A DNA stretch of 63,953 nucleotides, counting the filler. It is 5 parts of 5 records of this genome, joined end to end, with 100 filler letters (N's around TTAATTAATTAA, not from the genome) between each part and the next. Parts side by side here need not be neighbours in the genome. Positions count along the whole stretch, not along the records: positions 17,415 to 37,908 come from DRR723986_7128; 4 more parts are not named here. The stretch is one strand, 5' to 3'. Every line of letters begins with the position of its first letter. Within the stretch, counting starts at the first letter, position 1. Of the stretch, positions 20,416 through 27,977 are shown one piece after another. A model generated the notes under the pieces. The model was not told where the DNA came from, searched no databases, and saw only the letters and a list, made by a program, of their open reading frames with translations. Both the position numbers and the translations under genes were made by a program.

Positions 20416-21315
20416 ATGTCTTCTAATCCTCTGGTGTCGGTCATTACGCCAACATTTAACCGCGCGGACTACCTGCCGTTTGCGGTTGAGAGCGTTCTGT
20501 CTCAATCGGTTCCTGATTTCGAATTGATCGTTATTGACGATGGTTCCACGGACGGCACCGCCGAGCTGATGGAGCGGTATCTGGCGGACTCGCGCATTCG
20601 ATATCTTAAGCAGGAGAACCAGGGGCAGAGTGTGGCCCGGAATCGCGGGATTGCCGAGGCCCATGGCCAGTTTGTCTGCTTTCTCGACTCTGATAATGCC
20701 TGGGTGAGTACAAAGCTGGAAACCAGTCTGAAGGCCTTTGAGGAACATCCCGAGGTGGATATCGTCTATGGTGATTTCATAACCATAGACGGGGAAGGGC
20801 ACGAACATGGTGTGAATCGTATGACTCGTTATTCCGGCCGTATCACGCCGCAGTTGCTCCGGGATAATTTTGTGAGCATGAACACAACTATGACCCGCAA
20901 GCGCTGCTTTGACGAGATGGGGGGCTTTGACAGCGCCGATCGGTTGGCGGAGGACTACGGGCTCTGGTTGCGTTTTTCCATCCGCTATCAGTTCCTGTAT
21001 GTTCCAGCGGTGCTTGGGTATTACCGGGTTATGGAAAACCAGATTTCCTCTGACAAGGAGAGCCGATTTCGAGCGAACGAACAGCTGGTTCAGGGTTTTC
21101 TGAAAGCCTTTCCTTCAGCGGTTACCCGGGGTGAGGCCCGCCGGGGGTTAAGTTATTTTTTTATTCGGAAAGGGCGATATGAGTACTCGTCTGGTCAGCG
21201 TCGCCAGGCCTTTCGTTCTTTGCTTCGGTCATTGTCGAAGGACCCGTTCTGGATGGGCCCCTGGCGGTTCGCTGTAAAAATGCTGCTAACTTCCAGCCGA
21301 GGGAGGCGAATGTGA
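20416..21315 (+). CDS. Glycosyltransferase family 2 (paralog of upstream gene)
   Basis: Motifs VITPTFNR, VIDDGSTD, NQGQSVARN, FLDSD and AEDYGLWLR. Confidence 0.93.
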   Translation: MSSNPLVSVITPTFNRADYLPFAVESVLSQSVPDFELIVIDDGSTDGTAELMERYLADSRIRYLKQENQGQSVARNRGIAEAHGQFVCFLDSDNAWVSTKLETSLKAFEEHPEVDIVYGDFITIDGEGHEHGVNRMTRYSGRITPQLLRDNFVSMNTTMTRKRCFDEMGGFDSADRLAEDYGLWLRFSIRYQFLYVPAVLGYYRVMENQISSDKESRFRANEQLVQGFLKAFPSAVTRGEARRGLSYFFIRKGRYEYSSGQRRQAFRSLLRSLSKDPFWMGPWRFAVKMLLTSSRGRRM

Positions 21316-22433
21316 CATATACCGTTCGTCGCTTGTCTGAGAAAGAGTTTTTCGGGTTGCAGGAAAGCTGGGACCATCTGCTGGAGCAGAGTAATGCCGA
21401 CCCGCTGTTCATGAGCTGGGCCTGGCAGGCGTCCTGGTGGGAAACCTGGGGCGATAGACTGAATCTCGATCTGTTGCTGCTGGGCGTATACGCCCCGGGC
21501 GATACGCTGGTTGGCCTGGCTCCGCTTTACCTGAGTGCAGTCAGCACGCCGCTGGGCTGGAAAGTTCGAAGGCTGCATGTGGTAGGTAATGCCTGGAAGC
21601 TGGGGCCTACGGTGCGTACGGAATACGTGGGTGTCATTGTGGATCGGCGTGAGCAACAGGCCATCCTGCAGGCGCTCGGGAGTTATCTCGCTGAGGTCCG
21701 GTGGGATGAGATGATCATTGCGGATGCCTCCGCGAGATCAATGCGTATGATCGAATCTGGCCTGAGCCACACGCTGGCTCTCTCCCGGTTGGTTCGGAGT
21801 GAGTCGGAAGGTGTGGTGATTCCAACTCAGGGCCAGTTTACGGACTGGTTATCAAGGCTTGGAAAGAATACTCGTCTGAAAGCCTATAATCGGCGAGAGT
21901 TGTTTGAAGGTACTTTGAATGGTTCCTTCGAGGAATGGCAAACCCCGGAGACGTTTCTGGCATTACTCAATCGTTTTCATTGCGAGCGCTGGGGAAAGCC
22001 CTGCTTTGACGACAATGCCGTTCGCTTCCATGAGGCACTTCTGAACCGGCTCTCTGGAAGCCAATCCGCGAGAATGTCGGTACTGAGAGCCGATAATCAG
22101 ATTGTGTCTGTACTTTATGATGTCCGCGCCGGCAATCGGGTATACAACCTGCAGGCGGGGTTCATGCAGGATTTCCACAACAAATTGTCCTTGGGCACGC
22201 TCCATCTGGGTTATGCCATTGAGCGATCCTTTCAGGATTCGAGCATTGTCAGTTACGACTTGCTGGCCGGGTCCGGGAAAAATACGTTCTACAAACAGCA
22301 CTTCAGAGGGGAGAAGGTGTTGTTTACCACCGTTGAGTATGTTCGTTCTCCCATTCTTAAGGTGGCTTATGGGGCAAGGGGTTGTATGCCTCCCCGTTTA
22401 GTGTCCTCAATTAATCGTTTCTTTCGTCTCTGA
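21312..22433 (+). CDS. GNAT family protein (CelD/BcsL-like, tandem GNAT fold)
   Basis: Motifs LFMSWAWQASWW, LVGLAPL, NLQAGF...SLGTLHLGYAIE and YDLLAGSGKNTFYK. Confidence 0.8.
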   Translation: MTYTVRRLSEKEFFGLQESWDHLLEQSNADPLFMSWAWQASWWETWGDRLNLDLLLLGVYAPGDTLVGLAPLYLSAVSTPLGWKVRRLHVVGNAWKLGPTVRTEYVGVIVDRREQQAILQALGSYLAEVRWDEMIIADASARSMRMIESGLSHTLALSRLVRSESEGVVIPTQGQFTDWLSRLGKNTRLKAYNRRELFEGTLNGSFEEWQTPETFLALLNRFHCERWGKPCFDDNAVRFHEALLNRLSGSQSARMSVLRADNQIVSVLYDVRAGNRVYNLQAGFMQDFHNKLSLGTLHLGYAIERSFQDSSIVSYDLLAGSGKNTFYKQHFRGEKVLFTTVEYVRSPILKVAYGARGCMPPRLVSSINRFFRL

Positions 22434-22445
22434 GCGGGTGTTTTC

Positions 22446-23999
22446 ATGAATAGGGAAAGGATGCCGTCTATCAGTCTGATGAGTCGCCTGTGGCCGTTCC
22501 TGCTTGTCTTATGTGTGCTGGCGTTCGTTACTTTTCCTACTCTGGAGGGAATCGTGACGCGATGGTTAAAGTGGGACGAATCATACTCCCATGGTCTTTT
22601 GTTAGCCGGCGTGTCGCTGTATCTGATCTGGCGAAAGGCGAAGGCCAATCCGGTGGCCCCGGGCTTCGCCCCGGTTTGGGTTCTTCCTTTGATAGCGTGT
22701 CTGCTTGCCTATTGGGTAGGGGGGTTGATTCGTCTTCAGGCGCTTCAGCAATTGGCGTTGGTGCCTCTTTTGTTTGCTGCCTGCGCGACGTTGATGGGGT
22801 GGCGCCAGGCACGCTGGTTCATTGTGCCGCTGGGTTTGCTGTTTCTGACCATTCCTGTGTGGGATTTCCTGGCCTGGACGCTACAGGTAATTACCGTTGC
22901 CGTTAATAAGTTCCTGTTGGGTTTTTTCGATATTGATTTTGAGGTGGAGGGCGTTTTCGTTTACCTCATCGGTGTCGGAACCTTTGAAGTTGCTCATGGA
23001 TGCTCTGGACTCCGGTATCTGCTGGTGGGGCAGGCGCTGGTTCTGATTTATGGCGAGTTATACCTGTCGAGGTTACGATCCCGCATCACGTTATTCTGTT
23101 TGGGGGTGGCATTCGCTCTACTTGCCAACTGGATCCGGGTGTTCGTCATCATCTACATGGGGTATGAAACGAACATGCAGTCCGGCTTGATCGAGGATCA
23201 TGAAAACTTTGGCTGGTGGGTGTTTGCGGGCACGCTTGTTCCCCTCTATTTTCTGGCTCGTCAGCTTGAGAAACGGGACGACCAGTTTGTTGCCAGCCAG
23301 GATAATGACGAGAAGCAAGATCACGCCAAACCCGCAGGTAAAGCTACCGTTGCGGTAACGGTTGTCGCGCTGTTGGGGCTGGTTAGCTGGGTTGCTTTGC
23401 CGGACAAGCGAGGCAACATTGCTTCTGAACCCGAAGGGTACGCCATTGATTTAAGTGAAAGGTATTCCCCGGTGTTCGGATCTGCACTGGAGGGGTGGCG
23501 CCCCAACGTTCTCAATCCAGACAGAGTGTATGCGCAGACCCTGTTTGAACGTTTGCAGGCCCGCGCAGGGCAAGGTTTGGGCACAACCTACTATCTGGGC
23601 GCGTTTACCTATGACTATCAAAGGCATCGTGCGGAACTCATCCAGTACAGTAACCGCCTTTATGACCGTGATTTCTGGATTCCGGAAGGCTTCTTTGATG
23701 TTGAAAACAGCCTGAATATCCCGGTGCAGGGAGTCACCCTGAAACATCGTGTTTCCGGACAACGTGTGCATCTGGGATATAGCTACTTTGTTCAGGGGCA
23801 GTGGGAAACCGATCAGTGGCGCGCGAAGCTTGCTCAGGTGGGCGGGTTCTTCAGTGGCCGTGATGATGCCTCTTTACTCATCTCCGCAGTGGCGTGTGAT
23901 GGCTGTGAGGTGGCTGCAACGCTCGCTGAGTTTATCGAGTCTACCTTTCCGGTGATTCTTGAGCAGATTGATCAAGAGGTGGTGCGATCAGATCGTTGA
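22446..23999 (+). CDS. Exosortase fused to C-terminal EpsI-like domain
   Basis: YSHG motif and multi-TM region. Catalytic triad Cys (VAHGCSGLRY), Arg (ANWIRV) and His (DHENFGW). Periplasmic EpsI-like tail (ELIQYSNRL, AKLAQ). PEP-CTERM context. Confidence 0.92.
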   Translation: MNRERMPSISLMSRLWPFLLVLCVLAFVTFPTLEGIVTRWLKWDESYSHGLLLAGVSLYLIWRKAKANPVAPGFAPVWVLPLIACLLAYWVGGLIRLQALQQLALVPLLFAACATLMGWRQARWFIVPLGLLFLTIPVWDFLAWTLQVITVAVNKFLLGFFDIDFEVEGVFVYLIGVGTFEVAHGCSGLRYLLVGQALVLIYGELYLSRLRSRITLFCLGVAFALLANWIRVFVIIYMGYETNMQSGLIEDHENFGWWVFAGTLVPLYFLARQLEKRDDQFVASQDNDEKQDHAKPAGKATVAVTVVALLGLVSWVALPDKRGNIASEPEGYAIDLSERYSPVFGSALEGWRPNVLNPDRVYAQTLFERLQARAGQGLGTTYYLGAFTYDYQRHRAELIQYSNRLYDRDFWIPEGFFDVENSLNIPVQGVTLKHRVSGQRVHLGYSYFVQGQWETDQWRAKLAQVGGFFSGRDDASLLISAVACDGCEVAATLAEFIESTFPVILEQIDQEVVRSDR

Positions 24000-25011
24000 G
24001 TTGGCTCTCTAATCGGGACAGGAACTGTTCGTGATTGGTTGAATACCATTCGATTGCCAGCCTGGACATGTGGGCCAGCGTGGCCAGTGGCTGGTCTATC
24101 GCAGCTTGAATGCTCCGCTCCAGAGCTTGCTCTGAGACAAGGTAACGGGTGCCCAGGCGAAACGTCAGGTTTCTTTCCACGTGTGCGAGAAAGCCTCTGT
24201 CCTTCCCAACCAGCTCGTTCATGGGCGGTGCATCAGTTGTTATTGTAATACATCCGTAAGCCATGGCCTCTGCCAGTACCTGGCCATAACCCTCCACTTC
24301 TGAAGGTAGTACCGCGAAACCGGCCTGGGCCCAGAGTGTGTTCAGTTCATTGTTCGTGAGGTTTTTCTCTAACCTGATATTGGCGGCGGGGGTGGTGTCC
24401 AGATGCTGGGAGACAACGACCAGTTCTGGCCATTCAGGGTGCCTCTGCCAACATGCCATAACACGCTGCGTGCCCTTGAACTGACTGTTGCCGGCTACAT
24501 GCAAAGCCAAACGGTAGTCTTTCCTTTGTGAGCCGGTATGAGTGCTAACTTCACCGCCGGTAAATCCGAGGTATTGGGTGTCTGCATGTAAGGCGGAAAA
24601 AATCGATACTGCGTGGTGTGTTTTGCAGAGTATACGGTTGATAAAGCTGAGGTAGGGACCTCTAGATTCAACGAACCATTCCTGGTTAGGGATGAGCCAG
24701 TGGCGTCGGCCAGCAGCCAATTGAGATATCCAGACATTCTCGAGGTGAATGACGAGATCTGCCTGTTGACCCGGATGGAGCAGCCTGAGCAAGCCGATCT
24801 GACTGCAATAGAAGAGTTTGCTGAGAAATCCGGGGCAAAATCGTTTTATTGCCTTGAATCGATAAGCTGAAAGGCGGGAACGCCATACGGAAGTAGGGGG
24901 CAGTTGAACCTGCCTGGTCTGGTGCCCAAGCCGCTGCAGGGCTGCTTCCAGTATCCTGGCATCTTTTTGCAGCCCTCTGCCGCTATTGGCATAAACAATC
25001 AGTACATCCAT
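23941..25011 (-). CDS. GT-B glycosyltransferase (GT4-like)
   Basis: Donor-binding signature LPSEVEGYGQVLAEAMAYGC...TTDAPPMNELV. Confidence 0.85.
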   Translation of the reverse strand: MDVLIVYANSGRGLQKDARILEAALQRLGHQTRQVQLPPTSVWRSRLSAYRFKAIKRFCPGFLSKLFYCSQIGLLRLLHPGQQADLVIHLENVWISQLAAGRRHWLIPNQEWFVESRGPYLSFINRILCKTHHAVSIFSALHADTQYLGFTGGEVSTHTGSQRKDYRLALHVAGNSQFKGTQRVMACWQRHPEWPELVVVSQHLDTTPAANIRLEKNLTNNELNTLWAQAGFAVLPSEVEGYGQVLAEAMAYGCITITTDAPPMNELVGKDRGFLAHVERNLTFRLGTRYLVSEQALERSIQAAIDQPLATLAHMSRLAIEWYSTNHEQFLSRLESQLNDLIAPPLDQSAQESPER

Positions 25012-25028
25012 GAACCTGACCCGAAATG

Positions 25029-25055
25029 AAAAAGCCCTGCAAGTGCAGGGCTTTT
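25029..25055 (-). terminator. Rho-independent terminator after the PEP-CTERM gene (potentially bidirectional)
   Basis: Perfect hairpin AAAAGCCCTGC-AAGT-GCAGGGCTTTT with T tracts on both strands. Confidence 0.88.
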
Positions 25056-25078
25056 AAAGCGTAGCATAGAACTCGATG

Positions 25079-25744
25079 TCAGGCTTTTTTACGGCCTTTC
25101 ATCCGAACTGCAATGCCTGCCAGGCCGAGGCCAAGCAGTGCCAGAGTGCCAGGCTCTGGAACCTTGGAGGCTTTTACCATGACGAGCATGTCATCGTGGT
25201 TATCATCTACCTGGTTGTTGTCGTCCAGGCTCAGAATGAACCAGTCTTGCCCGGCTTCGAAGATGGAGAAGTTGTAGCCGTTAGCCTGGTTTCCAGTCCC
25301 CTGGTTGGAGACCGATCCAGCGGGATTCCCCCAAGCTAGTGAAGAGAACCCAAAGTCGAGTTTACCCAAACCGCTGGTGTAAATCGCACTGAAGGTATCG
25401 CCCAATCCACTAGTGTCAGTATTAAAGACTTCGGAGCCTTCAAAAAGGAATGAGCCCGTAAACCCCGCTTCCTTGCCCAGATATGTGAATGTCAGTTTGT
25501 ACGGATCAGCAGACACTGATTCGAGAGAGTGGGACAGTAGTACCGAATCGGTAGTGTTGTAGTACTGCGTTGCAATAAAGTCAGTACCCAATCCGTTTCC
25601 GTTCGCGTAGTCGTTATTTGAAGGGATGGCAGAGGGGGCTTCAGCGGGTGCTGTATTAGCAACCGTGTCGATATACGCTGCTTGTGTTGCACCCGCAAAA
25701 CCGACGGCAGCAACCAAAGCCAAGCCTTGAGTCATTTTTTTCAT
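25079..25744 (-). CDS. PEP-CTERM sorting-domain surface protein
   Basis: Signal peptide MKKMTQG...ATQA and C-terminal VPEPGTLALLGLGLAGIAVRMKGRKKA (PEP, TM helix, basic tail). GGAGGAG RBS. Confidence 0.95.
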   Translation of the reverse strand: MKKMTQGLALVAAVGFAGATQAAYIDTVANTAPAEAPSAIPSNNDYANGNGLGTDFIATQYYNTTDSVLLSHSLESVSADPYKLTFTYLGKEAGFTGSFLFEGSEVFNTDTSGLGDTFSAIYTSGLGKLDFGFSSLAWGNPAGSVSNQGTGNQANGYNFSIFEAGQDWFILSLDDNNQVDDNHDDMLVMVKASKVPEPGTLALLGLGLAGIAVRMKGRKKA

Positions 25745-25794
25745 CTGAGTCACTCCTCCAGTGAGTGGTCTTTTCATTACGTCGATTAGTATTA

Positions 25795-25810
25795 AGCAGG
25801 CTTTGTGCCA
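25795..25810 (-). promoter_or_regulatory. Sigma-54 (-24/-12) promoter of the PEP-CTERM gene
   Basis: Minus strand reads TGGCAC-AAAGC-CTGCT versus consensus TGGCAC-N5-TTGCW. The sigma54 activator prsR is in the same locus. Confidence 0.85.
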
Positions 25811-25815
25811 ATATT

Positions 25816-25828
25816 TAACTTGTTGAAA
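25816..25828 (-). promoter_or_regulatory. IHF-like site between enhancer and sigma-54 promoter
   Basis: TAACTTGTTGAAA has one mismatch to YAANNNNTTGATW and lies in an AT-rich spacer. Confidence 0.5.
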
Positions 25829-25861
25829 TTATGAAAATATTTCTGACTTTCTTGGGCTCTA

Positions 25862-25878
25862 TGTAAAATAAATCGACA
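25862..25878. promoter_or_regulatory. Putative PrsR enhancer (PEP-CTERM box), TGT-N11-ACA
   Basis: TGTAAAATAAATCGACA (minus strand ends TTTACA), 51 nt upstream of the -24 element. Confidence 0.7.
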
Positions 25879-25892
25879 ATGATAGCTTTGTC

Positions 25893-27857
25893 TCAGTCAA
25901 CCTGATGTTCCACAGGGTCAGACGGCTCACTGCTCAAACCATTGATATCGATTACCTGAATCGTAAAGTACCAGTTGCCGGAGGCCAGGCCAGTAACCGT
26001 GGTTGAGGTTGTGCCCGCCGGCAGCTCCAGAGTTTGAGTCAGGTTCCCTCTATCCTGTCCATAGTTGACCCGGTACCGGTCAATTTCGCTCAGCGAAATG
26101 CTGCTGCCATCTACCCTGGTGCCGGGAGGCGTCCACGACAGTGTCACACTGCCGCTGGCATCGCCGGTACCACCGGGCTGGCTGGTGACCGGTGATTCTG
26201 GCTCCGATACGGTTTCGAGCGTGTACGGGTGCAGACCCGATTGATAAGCCTCAAGAACCGTCACGCCGCTATCGTTAAGCACCCGGCTGGCTGATGGTTG
26301 CATCAGGGGGAGTCCGTAGCGAAGTTTGTAAAGATCGTCGATGCCGTCGTTCAAGGTGCTTTCGGCGAACTCGCTGTCCAATGCCAGATGTTGGACGGTG
26401 TTGGTCGTGGATATGGCATCTCCAGTGGCGGCGTCGGTAATCGCCAGTTGTGCAGTGGCACCCCAGCCGAACTCAAAGTACTCCATGGTGATGGCAACGG
26501 GGGTCCCCGCTTCGAGACTCGCTGTGGCGTTGTAGCTGGTGGGGGATTGGTTCTTCCACTGATCAATGACGGTAGACCCGTTGAGGAAAAGCCGAACACC
26601 ATCATCCGTGGTGGTGGTGAAGGTGTAGTCCCGGGTTCCTTCATTGTGAGGGGGTGTAAACCATCCTTGCCAACGCACGCTGAACCGGTCTCTTGGAAGC
26701 TCCGCTGACGGGCTTCCACTATTCCAGTTGAAGTTGACGGTCGCATCCCGCTGACTGTAAGCGAAGCTATCAAACTCGGTGCCTGTGAAGTACTGGCCGA
26801 CGAATCCGGATGCATACACTTCCTGGGGGGCAGGGAAGTCGCTGGCATCGGTAGGATTGGTGCCCGCCTGGTACTCTTGCAGGATGGTGTAGCCATCACC
26901 GTCAAGATCTACATTGGCATCGCCCGGGTTGGTGGGGTCCGTGCCATAGGCGTATTCGTACCCATCCGGAATCCCGTCGTTATCAGTATCTTCGGTTCCG
27001 GGATTGGTTCTGGCCCAGAACTCATCCATGGCGGTAAGCAGATCATTGTCGGTATCGGATTTTGCATCGGCCGCATTGGATGGATCCAGCCCGTACACAA
27101 TCTCCCAGTTGTCGTACAGATCATCACTGTCCGCATCAAGTGGGGGGTACTGGCTGTTGAATGAGAGGCCCTGTTCAGCGTCAAAGTAGCCGATTCGGTA
27201 ACCCAGATGGTAGGCATCTTCGGTTGTCATCTCGGGGGCCGAGTCAGGGGCTTTCTGGGCGTAGCTGTGTAGCGCGCCGCCGCTGATCACTTGCTGAGAG
27301 ATGCCGGGGCCGGACCAGGCGACGGTAAAGTGGTCGTCCCATCCACCTTCCTTGTGTCTGAATTCAAAGTAGTATTTTTTGCCGGCCTCCAGATACTGTA
27401 CGCCGGAGGTTTGTGAGGCGTAGCGGGCGAAATTATCGAGGGGCGTGGACATGGCGGATGCGATCTGAACCGCACCGTCCGGGTTCTGGGAGTCAGATAA
27501 CCACAGTTGTGTCTGATCGTCGCCACTGATGTAAAAGGTGTATTCGCCCGTTTCAGGGGGCTCGATAAAGCCTCGGATCAGCGTGCCGTAATTATTGGAT
27601 CGGCTGGTGGCTTGGCGCAGTTGGGTGAGTTCAGTGATTTCATCGGGCGAATCCGGATATTTCTGTGCGTCCAGCATGCCCTGAACATAGTTCCCGGAGA
27701 TACCGTCAAAATACCAGACATCAACCTTTCCGGGCTCGCTCGTCTCTGGTAATGCGGCTGTTGGTGGCAAATCCTCAATATCCCTGAACTGCCAGTTCTG
27801 ACAGCCGCTGAGCAGAACCACCACGGTGCCTACGCTCAACACTTTGATAGCAGCCAT
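25893..27857 (-). CDS. Lipoprotein with PA14, four TSP3-like Ca-binding repeats, second PA14 and FN3 domains
   Basis: Lipobox LSGC. PA14 motifs RGFIEPPETGEYTFYISGDD and FSVRWQGWF...YTFTTTTDDGVRLFLNG. DxDxDG-type repeats. FN3 SVTLSWTPP...TGLASGNWYFTIQVID. Confidence 0.88.
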   Translation of the reverse strand: MAAIKVLSVGTVVVLLSGCQNWQFRDIEDLPPTAALPETSEPGKVDVWYFDGISGNYVQGMLDAQKYPDSPDEITELTQLRQATSRSNNYGTLIRGFIEPPETGEYTFYISGDDQTQLWLSDSQNPDGAVQIASAMSTPLDNFARYASQTSGVQYLEAGKKYYFEFRHKEGGWDDHFTVAWSGPGISQQVISGGALHSYAQKAPDSAPEMTTEDAYHLGYRIGYFDAEQGLSFNSQYPPLDADSDDLYDNWEIVYGLDPSNAADAKSDTDNDLLTAMDEFWARTNPGTEDTDNDGIPDGYEYAYGTDPTNPGDANVDLDGDGYTILQEYQAGTNPTDASDFPAPQEVYASGFVGQYFTGTEFDSFAYSQRDATVNFNWNSGSPSAELPRDRFSVRWQGWFTPPHNEGTRDYTFTTTTDDGVRLFLNGSTVIDQWKNQSPTSYNATASLEAGTPVAITMEYFEFGWGATAQLAITDAATGDAISTTNTVQHLALDSEFAESTLNDGIDDLYKLRYGLPLMQPSASRVLNDSGVTVLEAYQSGLHPYTLETVSEPESPVTSQPGGTGDASGSVTLSWTPPGTRVDGSSISLSEIDRYRVNYGQDRGNLTQTLELPAGTTSTTVTGLASGNWYFTIQVIDINGLSSEPSDPVEHQVD

Positions 27858-27977
27858 AACCCACCTTCCTTGCTATTGGAAACAATATGTAAAGTATTGT
27901 TGCAGTGGGTCAGGGCTGCCACCGGTGGTTAGGAACGTTTCGTTATGTCCTCTGGTTGGTTATATCGCGAGTAGTGA

